Below, piece after piece: positions 1 to 10,713 of a DNA stretch of 64,000 bases. The stretch is from Promethearchaeota archaeon (GTDB lineage: Archaea; Asgardarchaeota; Lokiarchaeia; Sigyniarchaeales; SOKP01), in NCBI GenBank assembly GCA_016839555.1, contig JAEOUA010000008.1:262372-326371 (forward strand). Reading direction: 5' to 3'. Both the position numbers and the translations under genes were made by a program. Every line of letters starts with the position of its first letter. Within the stretch, counting starts at the first letter, position 1. The notes beneath the pieces were generated by a model. That model did no database searches, was not told where the DNA came from, and saw nothing but the letters and a program-made list of their open reading frames with translations.

Positions 1-2
1 AT

Positions 3-1031
3 TCTAGTTTAACAAGATTTTGTCCACCTTATCAAGAGAGCAAATTACTTTATAGTAACATAAGTCAGTGGGATCCAGGGGAAATTAATGAAGGGATTAA
101 TGATGAATTTAATAATACCTATGATTGGTTTAATGTATCATTAAATGGAGGGATATCTGAATCAGTGAAAATTAGTCAAGAATATATTGTTACCTTAAAT
201 GCAATTTCTTATCAAAATATAAATTATTCTGATATTGGTACATATAATAAATCTGATATAATGTTTGATTTATATTGTAATAGGTCTGAAAAATATTATA
301 ATATTAGTGATCCTGATTTAATTTCTCTTTCAGACAGCCTTTCTTTAGGTTTAACAAATCCTGTTGATAAAGCAAGACAAATTTTTAATTGGGTAAGTCG
401 GAATATAAGATATAATGGAGCATTACCAGCACAAGAAAAAGGAGCGTCATGGGCTTATGATAATTTAGAGGGAGACTGTTCAGAATATTCCAGTTTAATG
501 ATCACTCTACTACGAATTCAAGGTATTCCGGCTCGTAAAGTGACTGGATTAGTTTTTTCAAATATTATTCCGTTTTTCCCTTTTGTAGGACAAGAACTTT
601 TATTTACATTTGGAAATGTTAAACCAAATTATATTTTAGGACATGCGTGGGTGGAATATTATGTTCCAAATATCGGGTGGATTGCTTGCGATCCCACATG
701 GGGTTATTTTAATCAAATTGATTATCTTCGAATTGGGTTTAACGTAGGGCAGTGGTTTGAAAATGCAACTGGTGGATTAACTAGTGAGTTCCCATATCCA
801 CAATTATATGGATTTGGCAGTGGTACCGTTGAATTTAATTATGAACTTAAAGCAACTGTTTTAAACGCGAGTTATTGGCCATGGATTCTGCTATTTTATT
901 TCCCACCAGCTCCCTCTGAGGATCAAGATTTAAGTATTTATCTTTATGTTGGGACAGGAGCCGTAATTGCTATAGCATTATTATCCACTGTAATTGTCCT
1001 TGTAAATAAAGAACGAAAGGGCTTAATTTAA
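3..1031 (+). CDS. Transglutaminase-like cysteine protease domain protein with C-terminal membrane anchor (5' end lies outside the window)
   Basis: Frame is open from position 3; Cys-His-Asp triad motifs GDCSEYS, HAWVE, CDPTW; hydrophobic C-terminal helix followed by basic tail. Confidence 0.85.
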   Translation, partial: SSLTRFCPPYQESKLLYSNISQWDPGEINEGINDEFNNTYDWFNVSLNGGISESVKISQEYIVTLNAISYQNINYSDIGTYNKSDIMFDLYCNRSEKYYNISDPDLISLSDSLSLGLTNPVDKARQIFNWVSRNIRYNGALPAQEKGASWAYDNLEGDCSEYSSLMITLLRIQGIPARKVTGLVFSNIIPFFPFVGQELLFTFGNVKPNYILGHAWVEYYVPNIGWIACDPTWGYFNQIDYLRIGFNVGQWFENATGGLTSEFPYPQLYGFGSGTVEFNYELKATVLNASYWPWILLFYFPPAPSEDQDLSIYLYVGTGAVIAIALLSTVIVLVNKERKGLI

Positions 1032-1177
1032 AGAATAAATTATCTTTTTATCTTATATTTTTTTTATAATTTTTCTTTTTTTCTCTAAATTGATTATTAA
1101 TATTTAAAATATTTCAAAAAATAAAATTCAGAAAATAATAAGAAAAAAATGGAAGAACAAAAATTATTTAAAATTTA

Positions 1178-2890
1178 TTAGAATATCCACACAAGTAATA
1201 AGATAATGCCGACGATGAATAATAGAACTGCCCAAATATAGCTCAATTGTTTACGATAATTCTTAAAAATTCTTCCTGATGCCGTCTCAATTATTTTCAC
1301 TTGAAAGTAGGGAATTGGTCCTCTTCTAAACCAACCTTTAATTCTGACCCATTGTCCTACCATCCGGTCTGCACGACGGATTGCCCAGATGAGGTCAGCA
1401 ATACCTAATCCGAAGCGATAATCGATATAAAGCAGTCCTGTTTCATCTTTAAAGTATAAATCATCACTAAGATAATACCCTGGAGCTCCCTTTCCTATAA
1501 TTTGTCCCTCAATAACAGCTGGAATACATCTGACTGGAGAAACTTTCACGTTGGTTATAAGATTTAATACTGTTCTAGGTTCAAAGCCACTTCTGTAAGC
1601 AAATTGAATCTTAATGATATAGCCAAAAGCCATTAGATAGAAAGCAATAGCCCAAAGAAATAAGAGTTGGCTAGATGTAATATCCGAGATAAGCGGTAGG
1701 GAATAGAAGTCAAGATAACTGAATAGCCATATTATAGTGAATACTCCAAAGCCCAGAAATATAAATAACGGTAAATATTTAAACAAAACATCTGTAAGAA
1801 ATTCTCCTATCATTGATTTTCCTGCTTGTTCTTCCTTAATTTTACGTGCATTAGAGAAATCAATTTCTGGCTCAATATTATATTGCTCACATTGCTCATT
1901 TAAGCGTTGGATTCTTCTGGCTGGTAATGGATGAGAACTTCTAAGTTGATAAAATCGAGCCCAAGGATTATATAAATCCCAGGCAGCAGCGCCCTCAATA
2001 GTCTCTCTTGAATAGATCCCTTTAGCGGTCATGCTTTGCATTGCTAATGATCTTGCCATATTAGGATCGAATATTCCTAAACCCTTCACACCACGTACTT
2101 TTGATTTATTTCTTTCTTTGATGGTAACACCTTGGTCCGATAATAAACCATATGCAATTTTAACAAGTCCCGTTGAGAGTGCATTCGGATTCTCCAGAAC
2201 TTCAGCCGAATGTTCATCCGCGTAATATTCTCGAACTCTGCTTACGAAGAGAGAAATTAAAAAACCCACATAATAGAATATGAAGGATAAAATCGCAATA
2301 GCAATCATAGCTAATCTCCAATATGCTTGTTCTTCGCCTCTTCTACCTCCTGAGAATATGCTCGCATAATATGCCCATCGTGCAATTGTTAAAAATACCA
2401 TTGGAATTGCGAAGACCAAGGTCATTAGAATGAAATCTTGATGCACTACATGTCCCAATTCATGTGCTAACACTGCTTGTTGTTCTTTTTCATTCAAAAA
2501 TTCGAGAATGCCATCGGTTAGAATGACCCTTGCGCTATTTTTCGTGTGACCGAAAGTAAAGGCATTAGGATTGCCATCATGGATTATTCCAAGCCGAGGC
2601 ATATCGATATTATTAATACCGACGACTTTATCAAGGACTTCTGTCAAATGAGGATACCTCATCTTATATTGTTCATAAGGAATCCAATCAATTCTGTATA
2701 CCATTTGAAGAATATACGGAGATATGGCGTATTGTATCAATATCATTCCAAGAGAGAAGCCCACCATAATAACCAGAGAGATCCAATTGAAAGGCAAAAA
2801 CCAAATTGTGATAGCGAACACTATAGCATATATAAGTCCAAAGAGAAATGTCAGTGCTAATATGGACACCATACTTAGTTTTAAATTCAT
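1178..2890 (-). CDS. htpX: M48 family zinc metalloprotease (HtpX-like) with C-terminal membrane/beta-rich extension
   Basis: PNAFTFG, HELGH zinc motif, REYYADE, SHP..RI motifs; multiple TM helices. Confidence 0.85.
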   Translation of the reverse strand: MNLKLSMVSILALTFLFGLIYAIVFAITIWFLPFNWISLVIMVGFSLGMILIQYAISPYILQMVYRIDWIPYEQYKMRYPHLTEVLDKVVGINNIDMPRLGIIHDGNPNAFTFGHTKNSARVILTDGILEFLNEKEQQAVLAHELGHVVHQDFILMTLVFAIPMVFLTIARWAYYASIFSGGRRGEEQAYWRLAMIAIAILSFIFYYVGFLISLFVSRVREYYADEHSAEVLENPNALSTGLVKIAYGLLSDQGVTIKERNKSKVRGVKGLGIFDPNMARSLAMQSMTAKGIYSRETIEGAAAWDLYNPWARFYQLRSSHPLPARRIQRLNEQCEQYNIEPEIDFSNARKIKEEQAGKSMIGEFLTDVLFKYLPLFIFLGFGVFTIIWLFSYLDFYSLPLISDITSSQLLFLWAIAFYLMAFGYIIKIQFAYRSGFEPRTVLNLITNVKVSPVRCIPAVIEGQIIGKGAPGYYLSDDLYFKDETGLLYIDYRFGLGIADLIWAIRRADRMVGQWVRIKGWFRRGPIPYFQVKIIETASGRIFKNYRKQLSYIWAVLLFIVGIILLLVWIF

Positions 2891-3150
2891 TTATATCACT
2901 TTTTTTAAAATTTTATAGTTTTATTAATTAATTGATTTCATTACCTTAAATATTAATATATAATAATAAATTTTATTCTTTTTATTAAAAATAAATAAAC
3001 ATAAAAGCTTTTTCTATCGATATCCTCATAATTTTAGATATATAGATATATAGAGCTTTTAATAACTAATTAAAAGAGGATTTTTAAAAGGATTATTGTC
3101 CATTTTAGGATTTAATAGAATATGCTTATAAGAAATAAATAAAAAGATAT

Positions 3151-3223
3151 TGATTTGGGAAGTGTGGCTAACTTTTAAGGAAAAAATATTATCTAATTTT
3201 TTATTTTATCCCTTCCAAATCAT
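3151..3223 (-). promoter_or_regulatory. 3'-UTR hairpin directly after the candidate selenoprotein (SECIS candidate or terminator)
   Basis: Inverted repeat TGATTTGGGAAG (3151-3162) / CTTCCAAATCA (3212-3222); the mRNA reads AUGA immediately after the stop. Confidence 0.3.
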
Positions 3224-3676
3224 TTAATTCTTCAATTTTTTTATGATTTCAAATAACTGGTCATTTTCAGGAATATCTTTCATTGACTCTCCATAATATG
3301 CATATCTAACTATATTTTCGGTATCAAGTATTAATAATGCCGGCATTCTTCCCAATTTTAGCAATTTCCATTCTTGGTTTAACATTTTTGTAACTTTTTT
3401 ATTTGAATCATAAAAAATTGGATATTTTCTCGCATATTTTTTTTCCATTTTAATCGCGTTATCTTTCTTATCTACTAAAATAGGATAAAGCTCAGTATTT
3501 AATTCTTGAAATTTTTCATATTCTCTCCGTAAATGAGCAGCATGCCAGCGACAATATGGTCAATGGATATCTCTAAATAGAATTACCACCACATTTTTTC
3601 CTTGCAAATCTCTTATATTTACAGTTTTTCTACGACTATTGGGTAGAGAAAATTTTTGTATTTTCTTGTCCACCAT
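3224..3676 (-). CDS. Peroxiredoxin-like (AhpC/TSA) protein, probable selenoprotein (in-frame TGA at 3562-3560)
   Basis: ATG 3676 gives MVDKKIQKFSLPNSRRKTVNIRDLQGKNVVVILFRDIH-TGA-PYCRWH..., in frame with the 74-aa ORF (MPALLILDTENIVRYAYYG); TGA sits at the first position of a UxxC redox motif. Confidence 0.8.
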
Positions 3677-3903
3677 TTGGAATTTATCTTTAATTGAAAA
3701 ACACCATGTTAAAAGTATGTATATGCTACTTATTCTTATCTTAAATAAATGATATTTAAATCTTCTTTTAATAATTCAAATAAAAATTTATATATATAGC
3801 GAATTAAACTTAGAGAGTTAGATTGATTTATTTTTTATAAGCTTAAATGTTTTATTCCTATAATACTTACATTTTCCACAAGATAATGTAAATTATATAT
3901 GAG

Positions 3904-4304
3904 TTGATGTTTATTCCAAAAGAACCTAGAAATGTAGGTATAGAAAACGGGAAATTTTATCCGTGCCCAGAAAAGCATGTATGCGTCTCCACCCAAGCTC
4001 CTAATGATGATGAAAAACATTATATAAAGCCCATAGAATATTCTATTTCTCTTGAAGAAGCAAAAAAGAAAATTATAGATATCATTAATTCGATATCGCG
4101 TACGGAAATTTTAGAAGAGAGAAGTAATTACGTTCATGCTATGTTCACCACATTTCTATTTAGATTTAAAGATGATGTAGAATTTTATTTTGATGAAGAC
4201 ACAAATTGATACACTTTCGTTCTCAATCAAGAATAGGGGGTTATGATTAGGGTACAAACCGAAATAGAATGGAAAAAATCAGAAAGAAATTTGAAAAAAA
4301 ATAA
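3904..4304 (+). pseudogene. DUF1499-family gene, disrupted by a frameshift near 4205 and a TAG at 4248-4250
   Basis: CP...CVSTQ and FRFKDDVEF motifs; the family C-terminus LIHFRSQSRIGGYD*GTNRNRMEKIRKKFEKK continues in another frame to TAA 4304. Confidence 0.75.
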
Positions 4305-4427
4305 TAGTATTTCCTTATAGAATTGCATATCCTCTATTTTACTTTTATAATATTTATTACTTAGTTTTAAAATATAGCAATTAATTTCTTTTTAGATCTC
4401 TTTTTATCTATTAATAAATACTCGCTG

Positions 4428-5294
4428 GTGCTGATAATTTTAATCTCCGAATTTCATAGACTTTTTAAAAATGAAGGTTTAACAGAAAATATTATCCAGA
4501 AATTTCAAGAGATAATTTATGATTATTATCATCATGCTGGTCGTGAATTTCCCTTTCGAAAAAAAATTACACCTTATTATGTGGTGGTATCTGAAATAAT
4601 GCTTCAGCAAACACAAACCAGCAGAGTATCTCAGAAATTTTTAGAATTTATTGAGCAATTTCCTGATTTCGAAACATTAGCAAACGCAACTCTTGAAAAT
4701 ATATTAAAAGTATGGAAAGGTTTGGGGTATAATCGAAGAGCAAAGGCATTACAACAAATAGCAAAGAAAATTTTGGATGAATATGAGGGAATATTACCCG
4801 ATTCAGTTGAAAAACTAAAAAAATTTCCTCAAATTGGGCATAATACGGCGTCTTCTATTGTTGCATTTGCCTTCAATAAACCAACATATTTTATTGAAAC
4901 TAATATTAGGAGAGTGTATATATATTATTTTTTTCCTGGAAGAAATGATGTGGATGATAAAGAAATAATGATTCTATTAAAAAAAATAATGGATTTTAAT
5001 AATCCTCGAGAATGGTATTATGCCTTAATGGATTATGGAGTTATGCTCAAAAAAACTTATCCCGAACTAAATAAACGATCAAAGCATTATAGAAAGCAAA
5101 AATCATTTAAAGGGTCCACTAGACAGCTGCGTGGAAAAATTCTAAGTTTATTAGTTAAAAATTCTAAGCTAAAAGAGGAAGAGTTAATAAATACTTTGAA
5201 ATTCTCACCGAAAAAAATTAAGGAAATAGTAAAACAACTTGAAAAAGAAGGATTTTTAAAAATTAAGCAAAAAGAAATATCTATTGCTAAATAA
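4428..5294 (+). CDS. mutY: HhH-GPD A/G-specific adenine DNA glycosylase (MutY-like, no Fe-S cluster motif, C-terminal wHTH)
   Basis: VSEIMLQQT, WKGLGYNRRA, HhH LKKFPQIGHNTA, ETNIRRV, ALMDYG. Confidence 0.8.
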   Translation: MLIILISEFHRLFKNEGLTENIIQKFQEIIYDYYHHAGREFPFRKKITPYYVVVSEIMLQQTQTSRVSQKFLEFIEQFPDFETLANATLENILKVWKGLGYNRRAKALQQIAKKILDEYEGILPDSVEKLKKFPQIGHNTASSIVAFAFNKPTYFIETNIRRVYIYYFFPGRNDVDDKEIMILLKKIMDFNNPREWYYALMDYGVMLKKTYPELNKRSKHYRKQKSFKGSTRQLRGKILSLLVKNSKLKEEELINTLKFSPKKIKEIVKQLEKEGFLKIKQKEISIAK

Positions 5295-5630
5295 GTCTCT
5301 TAATAATTGAGACTATTACTTAATAAGTCAGAAATTTTTTTTCCAATCTTTTTTGTTTTTTCCGTTTCTAATGCTGCGGCAATTGCATTCATATTACAAA
5401 TAGTCTCCTTTTGATAATAAGAAATGAAAGCGACACTTTTTAACACAAATCTTACCCTTTTTTTCTTATTTTATATTTTCGCTTTATATAGAATAGTAAT
5501 TAATTAAAATAAACTAAAAAAGAGCAAAAAAGATTTTCATTATAAAAATTAAAAATATTTATTAATAGAAGTTGTTATGTCTATATAAACCATTTATTAA
5601 TTATTAAAAATTATACTTTTCGATTTAAAA

Positions 5631-6089
5631 ATGTTTAATTGGTTTATTGCTGAGGGTGTTGAGGAAGTAGGTATCAGCTTTTTAGATTTCTACTCAGTAG
5701 GGCATATATGTATGGGAATAGGTATTTATCTATTATTTTCCCTATTTTATACTATTCCAATGGGTAAAGAAGAGGGTTCAAGCCAAATTTTATTGCCGCT
5801 ATGGGCTGTATGGGTGATAACGGTTATCATTGGAATTATCTGGGAAATTATAGAAAATTTCTTATTCTTTGGGTTAGATATAAAATTTGAAGGGAGATTA
5901 GACAGTCCTGCAAATATAATTTCTGATATTCTTTGTGTTGCTTTAGGAGGAGGAGGCATGTGGTTATTTGCACATTTAATCTTCAAATATCATAAGAAAG
6001 TATGGCCCTATTATATACTGGGATTGTTAGGTTTGGGATCTTGGATTATTGTGTTTCTTATTTTAAGAGCGACTACATTAATTCTTTAA
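5631..6089 (+). CDS. Membrane protein with putative metal-binding H...WExxE...D...D pattern (DUF2585/VanZ-like)
   Basis: DFYSVGH, IIWEIIEN, DSPANIISD; four TM helices. Confidence 0.55.
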   Translation: MFNWFIAEGVEEVGISFLDFYSVGHICMGIGIYLLFSLFYTIPMGKEEGSSQILLPLWAVWVITVIIGIIWEIIENFLFFGLDIKFEGRLDSPANIISDILCVALGGGGMWLFAHLIFKYHKKVWPYYILGLLGLGSWIIVFLILRATTLIL

Positions 6090-6113
6090 TTTCTTTTTTA
6101 TTTATTTAATGAA

Positions 6114-6872
6114 ATGAGATCATTTAAAAAATATATTAAATTTCAGAAAGGAAACATCCCCTTAATAATTTCAATTCCTCACGGAGGTACCATTAAGCTT
6201 AGAGATATTCCAAAAAGAAGGAATGGGGTAATAGGGATTGATAAAGCAACTATCGAACTTGGAAAAGATATAATAACCAATATAGAAGAAAAAATTCAAA
6301 ATTCAAAAATATTATCTTCAAAATGTTATTTCATCATCTCTAAAATCCATAGAAGTAGAATCGATATTAATAGAAGTCCAGAAAAAGCTTATAACCAGAA
6401 TTCTAAGCTTGCCCGAAAACTTTATTATTTATATCATAAGAAGTTAAAAAAGTACATCTCGCATTCAATTAAACACAACGGATATACAATTTTAATAGAT
6501 ATTCATGGATTCGAATCTTATAAGAGGCCTGAAGGATTTAGAGATGTTGATTTGATTTTGGGAACAAATAATTTAAATTCTCTTTTTCCTCATTCCATAG
6601 CCAAAAGAGATTGGAATAAAAATATCCGTGGAAAAATAATAGAAAGATTTTTAAAGTTGGATATCCCTATTGCCCCAGGACGACCAAGAAGAGAAGAATA
6701 TGTTCTGAAAGGAGGGTATATTACCAAACACTATGGAGCATCTCAAATAAAACACAGTAAGGCTATACAAATTGAATTTTCTGAAAGAATAAGAATTTGG
6801 GATAAACATATGCGGAATCAGGTAATTAATGCTTTAACTGAAGTGCTTTATAAAGAGATTTTTCATAATTAA
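6114..6872 (+). CDS. N-formylglutamate amidohydrolase-like protein
   Basis: ISIPHGG, HRSRIDINR, LIDIHG, GGYIT, AIQIE motifs. Confidence 0.75.
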   Translation: MRSFKKYIKFQKGNIPLIISIPHGGTIKLRDIPKRRNGVIGIDKATIELGKDIITNIEEKIQNSKILSSKCYFIISKIHRSRIDINRSPEKAYNQNSKLARKLYYLYHKKLKKYISHSIKHNGYTILIDIHGFESYKRPEGFRDVDLILGTNNLNSLFPHSIAKRDWNKNIRGKIIERFLKLDIPIAPGRPRREEYVLKGGYITKHYGASQIKHSKAIQIEFSERIRIWDKHMRNQVINALTEVLYKEIFHN

Positions 6873-7041
6873 ATATATTAATTTATCATCTTTGAGAATC
6901 AGTATTAAATCCATATAACTCCTTTATAATAACATTTATTTCGTGAAGATAAAATGAATTATTAATTCTACATTAAAAAAATTTTAGAATATGGTTTTCT
7001 ATAGAAATTTTTTTAACTTTTTTGTGATTTTTTACTTTAGG

Positions 7042-7761
7042 ATGGAAAACTCGATTGGTTTCTGCTTTGATCTTGATGGGACGTTAATAAATACAACCGA
7101 AATAGGAGATAAGATTGAGAAAGAGATTTATAAAAAATTTAATTTAAAAATTGATGATAAGACAGAGAGAGAAATTGAAGAACTTACTTATGAGATCTTG
7201 CAAAGAGAAAATCGTAATAATTTGGGACTTAAGTTAATGTGGGAAATTTTTAAAAAGTTGGACCTTAACTTTTTTCAGCGGATTAAAGCACTATTAATCT
7301 CATCAAAAATATTTAAAGAAGAGCTTAAAAAGATAAAGTTATTTGATGGTGTTAAGGAAGTTTTCAGGTTTTTAGATGAAAAAGGTATTCCGTATTCAAT
7401 AGCTACAACATCTTCCCAGAAAGAAGTTGATGATCGTCTCTCTAAGTTTCCAGATCTTTATGCTAAATTACAAGAGAAGATCATTACAAGGACGAATGTC
7501 CAACACTTAAAACCAGATCCTGAAAGTATTATTAAAGCTTCAAAAATTATGAAGCTTCCACTAAATAGAGTCATTATGGTGGGAGATATGCACCATGACA
7601 TTATGATGGGTAAAAAAGCAGGTACTTTAACTATTGCAGTATTAACTGGAATCTTTTCTAAAGCGGAAATCCTTAAGTATGAGCCGGATTTTATAATTGA
7701 TTCCGTAGCTAAAATCCCTAAAATTCTTCCCGAAATTATTCATAAATTAAGTTTTAATTAA
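7042..7761 (+). CDS. HAD-superfamily hydrolase (phosphoglycolate phosphatase-like)
   Basis: FDLDGTL, KPDP, MVGD..D motifs; likely start ATG 7042 (ORF track starts at 6991). Confidence 0.85.
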   Translation: MENSIGFCFDLDGTLINTTEIGDKIEKEIYKKFNLKIDDKTEREIEELTYEILQRENRNNLGLKLMWEIFKKLDLNFFQRIKALLISSKIFKEELKKIKLFDGVKEVFRFLDEKGIPYSIATTSSQKEVDDRLSKFPDLYAKLQEKIITRTNVQHLKPDPESIIKASKIMKLPLNRVIMVGDMHHDIMMGKKAGTLTIAVLTGIFSKAEILKYEPDFIIDSVAKIPKILPEIIHKLSFN

Positions 7762-7906
7762 TAAATTTTTATAAACATCAGACCAATTTTTGATTTTAAT
7801 ATATAATAATCAAACTTTCATAATGAAAAATATAAATATTTAATTAAAAACCTATATCATTATTAGATAGGAAAAAAAATTTTTCGATTAAATATCAATC
7901 CTAAAT

Positions 7907-8248
7907 ATGACAGACCCAATAGATTTAAAAGATCTAGAATCATTTATTGACGGATTAAAATATTCTTTTGATAGCCTTGAAAGATTAGAATCAAATGGTT
8001 CAAAAGGAATGCAAGCAAAATTAGCGAAAGCTATATCTCAATTAAGAGAAAAAAAATTAGATAAAATCCTACCAATTCCTAAATTTCTTGGGGTAGTTAC
8101 TAAAGAAGATTGGAAAATTTTTTTCCTTGACCAATTAAAATATTTAACCGATTTATTAGAATCAAGCCAATATCCTGAAAGTCAAAAATTTAAGCTGGTA
8201 TTGAAGATCACTAAATTAAGGGAAAAAATTAATAAATTTTATCGGTAG
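7907..8248 (+). CDS. Hypothetical helical protein
   Basis: 113-aa ORF with normal codon style, no recognisable motif. Confidence 0.6.
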   Translation: MTDPIDLKDLESFIDGLKYSFDSLERLESNGSKGMQAKLAKAISQLREKKLDKILPIPKFLGVVTKEDWKIFFLDQLKYLTDLLESSQYPESQKFKLVLKITKLREKINKFYR

Positions 8249-8350
8249 AAAAAAATACACACTAATTTAAAACATATCATTTTAAAAAAGTAAATCTATT
8301 AGCATTTTAATTCCAACTTTATTTTTATACCAAAATTAGAAAATTATACT

Positions 8351-9106
8351 ATGTTAATCGACATTCATTGCCATCTAAATTTGTATTTAAATCTTGAAGA
8401 AATATTAGAGGAGGCAAAAAAGAAAGGCATTGAGAAAATTATTGCTGTATCAATGAGTGAATTGAGTCTAAAAAGAATAATAGAAATCTCTAAAAAGTTT
8501 TCCATGGTATATCCTGCATTAGGGATTCATCCCGAAGAAGTAAAAATGAATAAATCAATTGAAAAAAACTTAGATTCCATAATTAGATATATTAACTCAA
8601 ATAAGGATTTTATATGTGCGATTGGAGAAATCGGACTTGATCATCATTTTGTAAAGGATAAAACGCTCTATCCTCTCCAAGAAAAGATTTTTAAAAAGAT
8701 GCTTTCTTTAGCTCAAGAATTACAATTACCAGTTAATCTTCACACGAAAGGAGCGGAAAAAGAAACATTTGAGATTTTACCTTCCTATGATATTCCAAAT
8801 ATAAATATCCATTGGTATTCTGGTCCAGATGAATATCTTCGGTTAGGCAGTGAAAGAGGCTATTTTTTTTCCATTACACCCGCACTCATGTATTCTCCCG
8901 CGGTTAAAAAAGTTGTAGAAGAAATTAACATAGATCAATTATTATTGGAAAGTGATGGACCTGTAAAATTTTCTGGCCAAGTAGGAGTTCCAGCGATGAT
9001 AAAAGATGTTTTAATTAAAATCTCACAATTAAAAAATATGGATAGAAATGATTTGGAATTCCAAATCAAAGAAAATACTAAAAAAATATTTCCAAAAATC
9101 TTCTAA
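8351..9106 (+). CDS. tatD: TatD family hydrolase/DNase
   Basis: DIHCHL, GIHP, IGEIGLD, LH, HWY, LLESDGP. Confidence 0.9.
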   Translation: MLIDIHCHLNLYLNLEEILEEAKKKGIEKIIAVSMSELSLKRIIEISKKFSMVYPALGIHPEEVKMNKSIEKNLDSIIRYINSNKDFICAIGEIGLDHHFVKDKTLYPLQEKIFKKMLSLAQELQLPVNLHTKGAEKETFEILPSYDIPNINIHWYSGPDEYLRLGSERGYFFSITPALMYSPAVKKVVEEINIDQLLLESDGPVKFSGQVGVPAMIKDVLIKISQLKNMDRNDLEFQIKENTKKIFPKIF

Positions 9107-9127
9107 TTCAAGAAAAAATAAGTTTTT

Positions 9128-10129
9128 TTAAACAGGCATTAATTCTTCTATCTGTTTTGGTAATTCTCCTTTATTTTTCATCCTTGTCAGGATATCTTCT
9201 ACCTCTCTAAAAGTATTTCCGTAAATATGTAATGAATTACTGAAATCTACATATGAGCCCATCTCAATACCAAGTGCATCAGCTACCATTTTTTGAATCC
9301 TAATCATTCCATTCACATTAGGTTCAAATGCCCTGAGCAAATCTCGGCTCCTCCATGTAGTTTGCATTATTAATTGATTATTTTTGACTCTCATCCAGAT
9401 TCTCTGCAAACATGGAGGATCTTCATGAAAAGGGTCTATGTAAGGACGCCATGTAATTGCTTGGGCTCTTCTGCTATAAGGTTTATCCTTTAATTTATTA
9501 ATAATGTAATTCATTTGCTCCATTTTAGGAAAGTGTAATGCTCCTAATGGTATTTTAGTAATTCCAAGCTGTTCTGAAATATTTTTATCTAAGTCTAATT
9601 CTACTCCATTCTCTAATTGCCAAATCGTGGAATCATCCGTTTCCTTGATTTTGCCAGCCTTTTTTAGTTTTTGATGTTCTCTGACGAAATCTTTATCCAC
9701 CAGTTCAACATTATAAGTTTTATGGATTGTATCTTCAATAGAATATGGTACATAATTAAAAATGCGATCATGGTAAGAGTAGGGAAAACTTACTCCAGAC
9801 TCCCACAAGAAATGATCATTAATGCCTTCTAGAATTTCTTCGATATATCCGCTCTGAATTGATCCCATTAAATAAGTATCAGCTAAGCATCCATAAATTT
9901 CATAAGAGTTCCCAAATTTAGAAGTAATATTGATCACTCTTCCTTTTCTTTCTATGGGTTTACTCATTGGATTTTTAATTTCAATTAGGACAGTTGCATC
10001 TTTTGATGGAGGATCTTCTGGTTTATCATATTCTGTTTTTATATTATCTCCTTTGTAAAAAACTTGTCCTATAGCACTTAGCCAGGCATCCTTTACGTTG
10101 TTCTCAGAGATAAAAAAAACTTTTGCCAT
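9128..10129 (-). CDS. thyA: Archaeal-type thymidylate synthase family protein with internal insertion
   Basis: YSYHDR, SRRA, DPPCLQ, RSRD...N, SLHIY motifs; likely start ATG 10129 (track 10210). Confidence 0.75.
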   Translation of the reverse strand: MAKVFFISENNVKDAWLSAIGQVFYKGDNIKTEYDKPEDPPSKDATVLIEIKNPMSKPIERKGRVINITSKFGNSYEIYGCLADTYLMGSIQSGYIEEILEGINDHFLWESGVSFPYSYHDRIFNYVPYSIEDTIHKTYNVELVDKDFVREHQKLKKAGKIKETDDSTIWQLENGVELDLDKNISEQLGITKIPLGALHFPKMEQMNYIINKLKDKPYSRRAQAITWRPYIDPFHEDPPCLQRIWMRVKNNQLIMQTTWRSRDLLRAFEPNVNGMIRIQKMVADALGIEMGSYVDFSNSLHIYGNTFREVEDILTRMKNKGELPKQIEELMPV

Positions 10130-10348
10130 TAAACAAACTCCTATTATTTTGTTAGAATAAAATTTTAAAAAAACTAATAATTTATTTGTTAAAATATTAA
10201 TAAATACCATTAATTAAACGAAATTTCGATAAAAAAAATATTGTTTCAAATAATTTTAAAATCAAACTGAGAAAGATTATTATAAACTAAGAAAAATAAG
10301 AAAAATTTTTTCTCATTTATAGAGAGCTTAATTATCATTATAAAATTT

Positions 10349-10564
10349 TCAATGTTTATCCTTTGTCCAAATTACAAATTGTATTCTTGTTAAAATTAAA
10401 ATTCCAGCAAGAAAAATCCCGATTCCTATATAAAGCAAAACCAAATAATCCTCGGGAGTAAAAATAAATATTACTAACCAAATTACTAGTAAAATAATTC
10501 CAATAAATAATATTAAAATTGAAATATTTCGTAGTCTTTTATCCATAATATTAATTATTTCCAT
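10349..10564 (-). CDS. Small two-TM membrane protein
   Basis: Two hydrophobic segments in 71 aa. Confidence 0.55.
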   Translation of the reverse strand: MEIINIMDKRLRNISILILFIGIILLVIWLVIFIFTPEDYLVLLYIGIGIFLAGILILTRIQFVIWTKDKH

Positions 10565-10713
10565 TTTTCAACACATTTGGATAACAATTTTTAGGTTATA
10601 ACAAAATATCATTTCACACATAAGTGTATTTAAATTTTTTTAAATTAATAAAATTTACAATGATTTTTTAAAAAATATATCTTAAATATAATATTGTTGG
10701 AAATAGATAAACA

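Noticed and set aside
4248-4250. TAG as pyrrolysine in the DUF1499 gene (tempting given the corrinoid genes nearby)
   Set aside because: It follows a frameshift, is one substitution from TGG/TTG, and no pyl genes or amber-containing methylamine methyltransferases are in the window
5300-5392. 30-aa minus-strand ORF MNAIAAALETEKTKKIGKKISDLLSNSLNY with AAGGAG upstream
   Set aside because: SD spacing is long, there is no motif, and it may be a gene remnant; cannot be supported
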